DNA of 35,873 bases from Candidatus Babeliales bacterium (GCA_021735725.1 JAIPGS010000002.1:1-35873); one strand, 5' to 3'. Positions 1 to 9,543 are shown, numbered from the stretch's first letter. Program-made: numbers and translations. Notes: generated by a model not told the origin, from the sequence alone.

Positions 1-243
1 ACTCTTGTAAGTTCAATTGATGAACATAAAAAAGATCTTCTTGCCGAGCAACATAAACAAGATCTTTTATGGGTTCATTATCGAAAAGAATTTGGACGAG
101 ATGCGCCATGTGTGGAAATGTCTCCAATTCTTTCTTTTTCTTCTCTTTTATGTCCTGTAACTTTACAAATGAGGGGTGATGAAAAAGAAAAACTTTTACA
201 TGAAACAAAATCATTTTTAATTGATAAGGTGATGCATGTTTGA
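1..243 (+). CDS. 3' end of an unidentified ORF, partial because it enters from the window edge (80 codons)
   Basis: Frame 1 is open from base 1 to TGA at 241-243. Its end overlaps the atpF start by 8 nt. It is not hydrophobic, so it is not ATP synthase subunit c. No family recognised. Confidence 0.35.
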   Translation, partial: TLVSSIDEHKKDLLAEQHKQDLLWVHYRKEFGRDAPCVEMSPILSFSSLLCPVTLQMRGDEKEKLLHETKSFLIDKVMHV

Positions 244-733
244 TGAACTTTTTTCTTTCTTTGGTCTTTTTCAAATTGTTTGTTTTGTTTTATTACTTTT
301 GTATCTAAAAAAACTTATAATCACGTACTTAAGGCCTGAATTATATAAAGAAATTGTCAGAAGAAAAAGACAACTTGATGAGCTTAAAAAAGAACAAAAA
401 CACCTTGCAAAAGTTCATACATTATCTTTACAGGAAACAGAAGCAAAAACTCATACCGCGGAAAATCTTTTAAAAAAAATAAGAACATGGCATAAGGTTA
501 TGGATCGTAAACATAAAATTCATGAACAGAGCCGTGTAAATTCACAAAAACAAGTAAAAAATTATTTAGAAGAACAAGCTCGATTGCTTTCAATAGATCA
601 TGCAAAAAAAGAAATTATACCAGAAGCTGTGGAACAAGTTTTGCAGGATTTGCGTATAAAATTTTCTACGCAAAAGGAGCGGGAAGAGTTTTTAAAAAAT
701 ATTCTGATTAAAATGAATGAGGAATATGCATGA
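236..733 (+). CDS. atpF: F0F1 ATP synthase subunit b-like protein
   Basis: 165 aa with one N-terminal TM helix (FSFFGLFQIVCFVLLLLYL) followed by a long charged coiled-coil tail. AAGGTGA RBS. It lies directly upstream of atpH with an ATGA stop/start overlap. The call rests on architecture and context, not on strong motifs. Confidence 0.6.
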   Translation: MFDELFSFFGLFQIVCFVLLLLYLKKLIITYLRPELYKEIVRRKRQLDELKKEQKHLAKVHTLSLQETEAKTHTAENLLKKIRTWHKVMDRKHKIHEQSRVNSQKQVKNYLEEQARLLSIDHAKKEIIPEAVEQVLQDLRIKFSTQKEREEFLKNILIKMNEEYA

Positions 734-1272
734 ATATTACAGAAAAAATACTTGCTCGTCGTTATGCCCTTGCTTTTCTTAATGTGTATAGTTCATTTTT
801 AAAGGAAGCTGATTTTAAAGGCATGTGTTTATTGAGTTCTTATTTTTGTGAAAGGCGTCAGGCATGTTTTTTGATGAGAGTTTCATTATTAGATGAAGGT
901 GTAAAGTTAAAAGCTTTAGATGCGATCAGAAACATATTTAAGCTTCCTCCTTGTTTTAATAAATTATTTTCTTTGCTTATAGAACATAAACGATCAATTA
1001 TATTATCGGATGTATTTGATGAGTTATGCAATGAATATAAAAAGAGAAACAAAATTATTACTTTTGAGGTTGCAGCTACGGAAATATTTTCAGAAGAACA
1101 AAAAAATATAATAGAAAAATTTTTACACAAAGCGACTCAAGAAACTGTTTTGTGTTCCTACGTAGAGGATATGAGTTTAATTGCAGGGATACGCTTGCAA
1201 AGTAACGCGTATTTATGGGAAACTTCCGTTAAAGATCGCTTACATCGTATACGCACTACATTCAAGCGCTGA
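730..1272 (+). CDS. atpH: F0F1 ATP synthase subunit delta (OSCP)
   Basis: 180 aa. The N-terminal ARRYALAFLNV and C-terminal LIAGIRLQ...DRLHRI segments fit the delta/OSCP pattern. It sits between the b-like and alpha subunit genes, and its ATG overlaps the atpF TGA. Confidence 0.8.
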   Translation: MNITEKILARRYALAFLNVYSSFLKEADFKGMCLLSSYFCERRQACFLMRVSLLDEGVKLKALDAIRNIFKLPPCFNKLFSLLIEHKRSIILSDVFDELCNEYKKRNKIITFEVAATEIFSEEQKNIIEKFLHKATQETVLCSYVEDMSLIAGIRLQSNAYLWETSVKDRLHRIRTTFKR

Positions 1273-1284
1273 TAAAAGGACATT

Positions 1285-2790
1285 ATGGATATTAAAAGTA
1301 CTGATCTTGTTTCATTATTTGAAAAAGCTCTTTCTGGAGAGTCGGCTGAAAATTTATGTGAAATAGGCATCGTGGTTCAAGTTGGTGATGGGATTTGTAG
1401 AGTTCATGGTCTTGATGCTGCAGTTTACAATGAAGTTATACATTTTGAAGGTGGAAATAGAGGAATAGTTCTTGATCTTGAAGAGAGTTATGTCTCTATT
1501 TTTCTTTTATATAATAATATTGCAGTAGTAGAACTAGAAGTTGCAAGACGTACCGGCCGTGTTTTTAAGACTCCTGTTGGTATGGGTTTATTGGGCCGTG
1601 TGCTTAATGCGGTGGGAAAACCTATAGATGGCAGAGGAGACATTGATGCTCAAGAACAAAGACCAATCGAAGCATTTGCGCCAGGAGTTGTAGAACGTAG
1701 CCCTGTAAATGAATCGCTTGAAACAGGAATTTTAGCTGTTGATGCATTGGTTCCTATTGGAAAAGGACAACGAGAATTAATTATTGGAAATAGAAGTACT
1801 GGTAAAACAGCTCTTGCTCTTGATACTATTTTGCATCAAAAAGGGCGAAATGTATTATGTATTTATGTTTCCATTGGGCAACGTCAAGCAAATCTTGCGC
1901 GGACTATTCGATTGCTTATTGAAAACGGAGCACTTGAATATACTGTTGTAATTAGTGCTGATTCAAGTGATTCAGTATTATGCCAATATCTTGCTCCTTA
2001 TGTTGGTTGTACCATTGGTGAATATTTTAGAAGCCAAGGGAAAGATGCATTAATAGTATATGATGATTTAAGTAATCATGCCATTGCGTATCGCGAAATG
2101 TCCTTATTGATGCGAAGACCGCCTGGACGCGAAGCATATCCTGGAGATGTGTTTTATTTACATTCTCGGCTTCTTGAACGTGCGGGAAAAATAGTAAATG
2201 GTGGATCTTTAACTGCATTGCCACTTGTCCAAGTGCAAGCTGATGATATCACTGCCTATATTCCAACAAATTTAATTTCTATTACTGATGGACAGATATT
2301 TTTAGATGATCAAATGTTTAAAGCAGGGATTAGGCCCGCAGTAAATATTGGTCTTTCTGTTTCTCGTGTTGGTGGGGCGGCTCAAACAAAAGCTATTAGA
2401 AAAACAGCTCGATCTTTAGGGCTTGAACTTGCTCAGTATCGTGAACTTCTTGATTTTTCTCAATTTGGAACAGAGCTTGATAAAGACGCACAGTCTCGTC
2501 TTGCTCGTGGGCAACGTGCTGTTGAAATTTTAAAGCAACAACAATATGTGACTTATAATTTTGTTCAGCAATCATTAATGCTTTTTGTGCTTCAAGAAGG
2601 GTTTGTTGATTCTGTTTCAAAAAACGGGGTTCATGCATTTGTGACTCAGTTTGGAAGTTACGTTGAATCGGTATATCCAGATATTTATCAGGAGATTATG
2701 GATTCTAAGGATATTTCAAAAGAAAAGCACACCGAGCTTCTTGCAATAGCAAAAGAGTTTAGTACCTTGTTTGTTGCTCCTGAAGAATAA
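1285..2790 (+). CDS. atpA: F0F1 ATP synthase subunit alpha
   Basis: 501 aa. P-loop GNRSTGKT, plus the IYVSIGQR, LIVYDDLSNHAIAYREMSLLMRRPPGREAYPGDVFYLHSRLLERA and PTNLISITDGQIFL blocks typical of alpha subunits. AAAGGA RBS. Confidence 0.97.
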   Translation: MDIKSTDLVSLFEKALSGESAENLCEIGIVVQVGDGICRVHGLDAAVYNEVIHFEGGNRGIVLDLEESYVSIFLLYNNIAVVELEVARRTGRVFKTPVGMGLLGRVLNAVGKPIDGRGDIDAQEQRPIEAFAPGVVERSPVNESLETGILAVDALVPIGKGQRELIIGNRSTGKTALALDTILHQKGRNVLCIYVSIGQRQANLARTIRLLIENGALEYTVVISADSSDSVLCQYLAPYVGCTIGEYFRSQGKDALIVYDDLSNHAIAYREMSLLMRRPPGREAYPGDVFYLHSRLLERAGKIVNGGSLTALPLVQVQADDITAYIPTNLISITDGQIFLDDQMFKAGIRPAVNIGLSVSRVGGAAQTKAIRKTARSLGLELAQYRELLDFSQFGTELDKDAQSRLARGQRAVEILKQQQYVTYNFVQQSLMLFVLQEGFVDSVSKNGVHAFVTQFGSYVESVYPDIYQEIMDSKDISKEKHTELLAIAKEFSTLFVAPEE

Positions 2791-2799
2791 TAATAGAAG

Positions 2800-2828
2800 T
2801 TGAAAATCCCAATTTATTCCCGTATACT
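2800..2828 (+). promoter_or_regulatory. Sigma70-like promoter candidate for tRNA-Arg
   Basis: TTGAAA (2800-2805), a 17-nt spacer, then TATACT (2823-2828). The tRNA 5' end lies 27 nt downstream. Confidence 0.4.
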
Positions 2829-2854
2829 AAGAGTCTATTCTAAAAAAAGTAAAG

Positions 2855-2931
2855 GTGCCCGTAGCTCAGCTGGATAGAGCAACGGATTTCTAATCCGTAG
2901 GTCGTAGGTTCGAATCCTACCGGGCACACCA
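2855..2931 (+). tRNA. tRNA-Arg (anticodon TCT), CCA encoded
   Basis: Cloverleaf read by hand. Acceptor GTGCCCG/CGGGCAC, anticodon stem ACGGA/TCCGT with loop TTTCTAA, T arm GTAGG-TTCGAAT-CCTAC, then ACCA. Confidence 0.93.
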
Positions 2932-3058
2932 TACTTCGCTAAGGCTTCAGCTGGCACGCCAACACTGAAGGAATGAGATAATAATCGAAGAAATAAATTT
3001 GAATTACAAGGCGAAAGCTGCCCGCCGAAGTAAGCGATTATGGTAGATTCTGTAGCGT

Positions 3059-3565
3059 TTACGTAAAGATTGTATTAATTTTTCTTTTATTCAAAATTGG
3101 TTTGATTTCAACAAAATAAAGTAATTGCCACGCTTGAGTTTTTTGAGCTTGTGGACTACTAGTTATGTCCCATGGCGGGTAAACTCGTATTGCCCGTTTT
3201 CCACCATTTCCATTTTTTGATATAATTTTTTTTTCTTCTAATACATTTTTTGAAAAAATAAATTGGCCACAATGTGTTGAATTTTTAACATTAATTATAA
3301 GCATATCAAAAGAATCATCGGCATCATAAGGCATGATAGGTCCATCTCCAATTCGCTTCCAGAAAGTAACAAATTGTCCACTTTTTGTGGGGGTGATTTT
3401 AGCCACACGAAACTTAATTATTTTATTATTCATTTCAAAAGTACATGCGCCATATTCTTGGCTTTCTTTTTCTGGAATTATATTTTTACAGATTAACCCT
3501 ATTGGTTTATAGGTACATTCATGAGCCATAAGCAGATCTTGATGAATTGAATTATTAATTTTCAT
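3059..3565 (-). CDS. MepB-family protein (function unknown)
   Basis: 168 aa. The motifs TKSGQFVTFWKR, GQFIFSKNVL, GKRAIRVYPPWD and QAQKTQAWQLLYF match my recollection of the MepB domain family. Recognised from memory only, not from a search. Confidence 0.55.
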   Translation of the reverse strand: MKINNSIHQDLLMAHECTYKPIGLICKNIIPEKESQEYGACTFEMNNKIIKFRVAKITPTKSGQFVTFWKRIGDGPIMPYDADDSFDMLIINVKNSTHCGQFIFSKNVLEEKKIISKNGNGGKRAIRVYPPWDITSSPQAQKTQAWQLLYFVEIKPILNKRKINTIFT

Positions 3566-3584
3566 AGGTAAGATTCCTCTTGAT

Positions 3585-4244
3585 TTAAAAAGACTCTTTT
3601 TTTTGTTGTAAAAGTTTAAATGAAGCAGCAGGGTTGGGAGTATTAAAAATTCCTGATGTTACACTCGCATGATCAACATGTAGTGATTGAAGTGTTGGAA
3701 TAATGTCTTGAGTGATCCCTCCATCAACAGCTAATGATAAATGAGAGTTTTGCGTTTTTCTATATATATCAAGTTCTTTGAGTCGTGTTGTTGTTTTTTG
3801 AATGAATGGTTGTCCTGATGTGCCTGGTTGAACTGCCATAATTAAAAAATGGTCAAATTCGTTAATTAAACATAATGGGCCAGAAAGTGGTGTGTTGGGA
3901 TTAATTGCTAAGCTAGGACGCATATTTTTTTGTTTAATAAGTTGGGCACAATATTCTGCTTCATCAAGTTCAACAGCTTCATAATGAAAGGTAATAATGC
4001 TTTCTTCTGGAATGGTAAGTTGTTCAATATATTCTTGTGGATTGTGCACCATTAAGTGAATCCATAACTGATTATCAGTGTACTGTGGAAATTGATTAAC
4101 AAGTTCCATGCTCCCTTGTGTTGAGGGTACAAAAAGGCCATCCATAATATCAATATGGTAACCGATACATAATCCATTAAACATTTCAAAAACAGGCAGT
4201 AAATCTTTAATAGTTTGTTGTGTAGGAGCGGGAAAAATAAACAT
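3585..4244 (-). CDS. rpe: Ribulose-phosphate 3-epimerase (divergent)
   Basis: 219 aa. HIDIMDGLFVPS, MAVQPGTSGQPF and AVDGGI correspond to the conserved RPE motifs (H.DvMDGhFVPN, vnPGFgGQ.F, vDGGi). Confidence 0.8.
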   Translation of the reverse strand: MFIFPAPTQQTIKDLLPVFEMFNGLCIGYHIDIMDGLFVPSTQGSMELVNQFPQYTDNQLWIHLMVHNPQEYIEQLTIPEESIITFHYEAVELDEAEYCAQLIKQKNMRPSLAINPNTPLSGPLCLINEFDHFLIMAVQPGTSGQPFIQKTTTRLKELDIYRKTQNSHLSLAVDGGITQDIIPTLQSLHVDHASVTSGIFNTPNPAASFKLLQQKKESF

Positions 4245-4348
4245 GGCACCCTTTTTATAAGATTTATTTTATAAAAGGATACCATGAAAATTTATTTTAA
4301 AGAATATTCTTTAATTTTTTAGAAAATTAAGTGTGCTTCTTTTTTACG

Positions 4349-4624
4349 CTACAATTCCTGATGTTTTTGTAGTACGCCCTCTATAACGTTGTGAGTACCA
4401 TGAACAATTCCTTTTGCTGCAATAGTTGCAGCCCATGGATAAAAGTTATTAAAAAGATGAGGGGTTTTTTCGATTGTTTTTACAGTATCTCCAAAGAGAC
4501 AACTTAATGAAAGATCTATTATTAAAATTGTACCACTATGAGAATCAGAAAGATTGAATTTTTCTAGTGTGGAGTGGATTGTTTTTTTTGAGAGTATATT
4601 TTGTGGCAATAGATGTAGCCGCAT
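4349..4624 (-). CDS. Hypothetical protein (weakly supported ORF)
   Basis: 91-aa ORF that fills an otherwise empty gap. No clear Shine-Dalgarno and no recognisable family. Confidence 0.3.
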   Translation of the reverse strand: MRLHLLPQNILSKKTIHSTLEKFNLSDSHSGTILIIDLSLSCLFGDTVKTIEKTPHLFNNFYPWAATIAAKGIVHGTHNVIEGVLQKHQEL

Positions 4625-4762
4625 TTTTATAAGAAATTATTTGGGGGGTTGTTATCATTTGTGTGATAACTGGTGAAGGCGTCCAGATAAAAGCACTTGA
4701 CGTAGCCCCATCCTGAACTTATTTTTGAAATTTCAACAGGAAAAAGAATTCCAAGTTTAAGC

Positions 4763-5680
4763 TTATTTATGAGTGTGTTCTTGTTTTTGTTCTTTAAAAG
4801 GATAGTTATCTTTTTGTTGACGAAGAGAATATGCTTGAGCTGCAATATAATAAAGCATTGGTCCCCATGTTGTAGCCTCTATTATTCCTGTTGCAACTTG
4901 TGCATTTGGGCTAAAAATAGTTTCTGCTTTATTATGATTATTTGTCCAGTTTGCTTTGATTGCAGCGTTGTGAGCAAGTGGGAAAACGATATAAGATATG
5001 CCGGCAGCAGCTAAATATTTTTTATCACCAGTTGCAATAGCTGCAGGAACAGTTGCGTTAGCCGTTAATTTTGCAACAGTATTTGCTGTTGCCCACCATG
5101 AATGTTCTCTATTAATTTCACGATTATCTGAAAGGCGATTATTAAGCCCTGCATTTATAGAGGCATAAACAGGCATTCCAGAGTAGTACCAAGCTACTCC
5201 GGTAAGAGCAAGTGGGAAGTATGTTGTTGAAAGAGCATTTTGAATTGAGTGTCGTTCTTCATAAAGTTCTTCAAATTTTTCTTTATCAGCTATTTGTTGC
5301 ATTGCATTAAACAGAAGCTTACTTTTAGAAAGTCGAAATTCGAATGACATTCTATAGTGATCGGGGCGTTTTTTAGAAAGTAATGTTTCATAATAGAAAA
5401 TGTCTTCTTGAACGGAGCGTATTTTTTGTAATGATTGATCATGTTTTATTTTCCACAAAGGCCATGCCCATTCTAACCAAGATGTTTTGGTTTCTTCTTT
5501 TTTGAGCCGAGCGGCTTTTATAAAAGATTCAAAATCTTGGCATCGTAAGTGTCCTTCATCTCCTAGTTCTGGATTGTCGCAAGGACTTTCTTGTTGATCG
5601 TTAAAATTAAAATGATGAGACTGCGCGGCTGAAAGAGAATAAAAACAAATGAGTAATAAAGAGAATTGAAAATGCTTCAT
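4763..5680 (-). CDS. Hypothetical exported or membrane protein
   Basis: 305 aa. AAGGAG RBS and a signal peptide (MKHFQFSLLLICFYSLSAAQS). The C-terminal half contains hydrophobic segments. No family recognised. Confidence 0.6.
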   Translation of the reverse strand: MKHFQFSLLLICFYSLSAAQSHHFNFNDQQESPCDNPELGDEGHLRCQDFESFIKAARLKKEETKTSWLEWAWPLWKIKHDQSLQKIRSVQEDIFYYETLLSKKRPDHYRMSFEFRLSKSKLLFNAMQQIADKEKFEELYEERHSIQNALSTTYFPLALTGVAWYYSGMPVYASINAGLNNRLSDNREINREHSWWATANTVAKLTANATVPAAIATGDKKYLAAAGISYIVFPLAHNAAIKANWTNNHNKAETIFSPNAQVATGIIEATTWGPMLYYIAAQAYSLRQQKDNYPFKEQKQEHTHK

Positions 5681-5748
5681 GCGCCACTCCTTGTAGTGTG
5701 GAGATATAAAATGTTTGTCAAACTATAGCAGAGGTTAGAGTGGAGAGC

Positions 5749-5784
5749 AAAAAAAAAGCTCCGGAAAAATTCCAGAGCTTTTTA
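5749..5784 (-). terminator. Rho-independent terminator candidate downstream of the 5797-6354 gene
   Basis: Hairpin AGCTCCGG...CCAGAGCT with one mismatch. It is flanked by an A9 run on the plus strand, which reads as a T-run on the minus strand, and by TTTTT on the other side. Confidence 0.5.
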
Positions 5785-5796
5785 CATTTAAATATA

Positions 5797-6354
5797 TTAG
5801 TTAGTGCCAGTAGCTGCTTGTACGCCAGCTCTCATTTCTTCTGGAAGTTGTTCATATCCAGCTGTGAATAGGTATCCACCAACAGCACCATTGCTTAAAG
5901 TAACTTCTTTACTTACTCGTCCAAGGTTTCTGCCAGCCCATATGAATGCTGTTCCTGCTGTTGCGCCTTTCATTCCATCATCTGTTATATTCCATAATGA
6001 ATCAGCTGCAAGAAGTCCTGCATGAGTTTGAACTGTTCCAAGTAATTCAGAAGGAGTTGTTTGTGTACGTTCACTTACAAATGTTAAAACTTGGTTTACT
6101 CCTTGAAGAGAAGCTACTTTTTGACTTTGAGTTTGTAATAAGTACCATGCAGCCATTGCTGGAAGAGCAACATGCCATTGTGTTACATCAGGGCGAAGTC
6201 TTCCTGCAACACCGTTCATTCCCCAATATGCATTTAATTGTGCGGCAGCATTGCTTCCTTGCGAAACATTATCAGCTGCTGCATTTTGTTCTGCTGCATA
6301 CATTGCACAAGAACTTAAAAGTGCTATCGTTAAGATTATTTTATTTGCTTTCAT
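5797..6354 (-). CDS. Hypothetical exported Ala/Gly-rich protein
   Basis: 185 aa. AGGGAG RBS and a signal peptide (MKANKIILTIALLSSCAMYAAEQ). By eye it is more GC-rich than its neighbours. No family recognised. Confidence 0.6.
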   Translation of the reverse strand: MKANKIILTIALLSSCAMYAAEQNAAADNVSQGSNAAAQLNAYWGMNGVAGRLRPDVTQWHVALPAMAAWYLLQTQSQKVASLQGVNQVLTFVSERTQTTPSELLGTVQTHAGLLAADSLWNITDDGMKGATAGTAFIWAGRNLGRVSKEVTLSNGAVGGYLFTAGYEQLPEEMRAGVQAATGTN

Positions 6355-6526
6355 CAGAATCTCCCTACTCTACATTGAAAATTTTTTACTACTTTTTTAA
6401 CTACCAAGAGACTCTACTTCGCAGTATAAAGATTGTCAATCAATTTATGTGACAATTTGTATGAAAAACACAAAAAGTCTGTATACTAAAGGATAAAAAG
6501 ATTTTAAAAAAAACGAAAAAAAAGAC

Positions 6527-6949
6527 ATGAAAAAAACTATTTCTGGTGTTCATATGTTTATTCTTATGCAAAAAGACCTTGAAAAAGCTCTTATTTTTTA
6601 TGAAAAACTTGGCGCAAAAAAAACATTACATATTCCTTCCAAATGGGCGGAAATGGAATTTTTTGGAATTAAGTTAGGATTATGTCCTTTTGAAGATGCA
6701 ACACCACGCCATACAGGAATTGTTCTTGAGGTTGTTGATCTTGAAAATTTGTATGCTGATTTAAAAAAAGAGGGAATTTCTTTTACTGGTGAACCCGTTG
6801 AAGCACTTCATGGGACGTTGGTAACGTTTGAAGATCCGAGCGGTAATCGTCTTGATTTGTATCAACCTAATTTGGATAAACTTGATAAAGTTCTTGGTAC
6901 ATGTTGTAAAAAAGATGCAAATCAAGTTACTTGTTGTAAAAAAAAATAA
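6527..6949 (+). CDS. Glyoxalase/bleomycin-resistance (VOC) family protein with a Cys/Lys-rich C-terminal tail
   Basis: 140 aa. The core shows a VOC-like pattern: VHMFILMQKDLEKALIFYEKLG ... TFEDPSGNRLDLYQP. The tail is GTCCKKDANQVTCCKKK-stop. Confidence 0.75.
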   Translation: MKKTISGVHMFILMQKDLEKALIFYEKLGAKKTLHIPSKWAEMEFFGIKLGLCPFEDATPRHTGIVLEVVDLENLYADLKKEGISFTGEPVEALHGTLVTFEDPSGNRLDLYQPNLDKLDKVLGTCCKKDANQVTCCKKK

Positions 6950-6980
6950 GCCTAAAATCTGAGTCACTTGTTATAAAGTA

Positions 6981-7008
6981 TTGCACTCTTTTTTTGTTCA
7001 GGTATACT
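6981..7008 (+). promoter_or_regulatory. Sigma70-like promoter candidate for groES-groEL
   Basis: TTGCAC (6981-6986), a 16-nt spacer, then TATACT (7003-7008). This would leave a leader of about 95 nt before groES. Confidence 0.35.
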
Positions 7009-7109
7009 AGAAGCACAGAAGGATGGTTTGGCGTGTAAATGCCCTTCCTGAGAGCATTTAGCTCTTTTTAAAAAAATTACTAATTATATATTTTAAGCGG
7101 GAGTTAACA

Positions 7110-7391
7110 ATGCAAAAAATTCGTCCGTTGTTTGACAGATTATATGTTGAACGTATTGAAACAGAAGAAAAAACAGCTGGTGGACTTTATATTCCTGAAT
7201 CGGCAAAAGAAAAAGGCCAAACGGGTAAAGTTTTAGCAACTGGAAAAAAAGTTGATTCTTCAGGTCAAAGTGCTGATTTTCAAGTAAAAGTAGGGGATGT
7301 GGTATTTTTTGGTAAATATGCAGGAACTGATATTGATAGTAAACATGTTATCTTAAAAGAAGATGATGTGCTTGGTGTTATTGAAGATTAA
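7110..7391 (+). CDS. groES: Co-chaperonin GroES
   Basis: 93 aa. IRPLFDRLYVERIE, TAGGLYIPESAKEK and GDVVFFGKYAGT are classic Cpn10 blocks. GGGAG RBS. Confidence 0.95.
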   Translation: MQKIRPLFDRLYVERIETEEKTAGGLYIPESAKEKGQTGKVLATGKKVDSSGQSADFQVKVGDVVFFGKYAGTDIDSKHVILKEDDVLGVIED

Positions 7392-7412
7392 ATTATAGAT
7401 TAAAAGGAATAG

Positions 7413-9062
<1,650 letters not shown>

Positions 9063-9090
9063 TTTTTAAATAAAAGAAATTATAAAAAAA

Positions 9091-9114
9091 GTCCGAGTAA
9101 AATCGGGCTTTTTT
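9091..9114 (+). terminator. Rho-independent terminator of groESL
   Basis: GTCCGA-gtaaaa-TCGGGC hairpin with one G-U pair, followed by TTTTTT. Confidence 0.7.
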
Positions 9115-9120
9115 ATTTAT

Positions 9121-9158
9121 AAAAAAGAGAAGTCCGGGAAAATAAATCCCCGGACTTC
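9121..9158 (-). terminator. Rho-independent terminator of the 9184-9543 gene
   Basis: Perfect 10-bp stem GAAGTCCGGG/CCCGGACTTC (9129-9138 and 9149-9158) with a 10-nt loop. On the minus strand it is followed by TCTTTTTT. Confidence 0.7.
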
Positions 9159-9183
9159 ATTGCATTGTTAGGTATTGAAAAGC

Positions 9184-9543
9184 TTAAGCAGCTAACCAAT
9201 CAATAATGTCATCTTTTTTATCTGTATCAAATAAAACGATTGCGTATGTTTTTCCGTCTTGAGTAAATTTAGTAATGGTTTCAACGTGAAAACCAGCTTC
9301 TTTAGCCCAATCTAATGTTGTTTCATCTTTTTCTAAAATGACAGCATCGTAACCGTTTTCTTTTGCAAGATCAAACTTTAAAGCACCACGAGTTGCTTTG
9401 TGAATATATACTTTTCCTGGAATTTCTTTTGCAAATGCAGTAATATCACCAGCAAATGCAACTTCATGTGTTGATGTTTCAAGTGCTTCTTCTGCTTGAA
9501 TTCCAAAGCTTAAAAGTAAAATAATGGAAAATAATTTTTTCAT
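9184..9543 (-). CDS. Hypothetical small exported protein
   Basis: 119 aa. AAGGAG RBS and a signal peptide (MKKLFSIILLLSFGIQAEE). No family recognised. Confidence 0.6.
   Translation of the reverse strand: MKKLFSIILLLSFGIQAEEALETSTHEVAFAGDITAFAKEIPGKVYIHKATRGALKFDLAKENGYDAVILEKDETTLDWAKEAGFHVETITKFTQDGKTYAIVLFDTDKKDDIIDWLAA

Noticed and set aside
3020-3058. Short similarity to 5S rRNA segments (GCCGAAG..., TTATGGTAG resembling CCGAAC / GATGGTAG), and GAAGGAA resembling the SRP RNA apex.
   Set aside because: The spacing between the motifs is wrong by about 20 nt. No 5S helix I/IV/V or SRP domain IV pairing can be drawn. The region is also too short for either RNA.
4627-4845. 72-aa minus-strand ORF bridging the end of the 305-aa gene and the spacer.
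   Set aside because: It overlaps the 3' end of the better-supported 4763-5680 gene in another frame, is Asn/Lys/Leu low-complexity and has no RBS. I cannot exclude that it and ORF 4349-4624 are remnants of a decayed gene.
5946-6452. 168-aa plus-strand ORF (and the 73-aa ORF at 5804-6025) overlapping the 5797-6354 gene.
   Set aside because: It is Leu/Phe-rich and low-complexity, has no RBS and extends into the intergenic promoter region. The minus-strand ORF has an AGGGAG RBS and a clear signal peptide.
6961-7109. Possible CIRCE/HrcA operator upstream of groES.
   Set aside because: Only a 7/9 left half-site (ATTGCACTC) is present, with no matching right half at N9. I recorded this as a finding about absence rather than as a feature.
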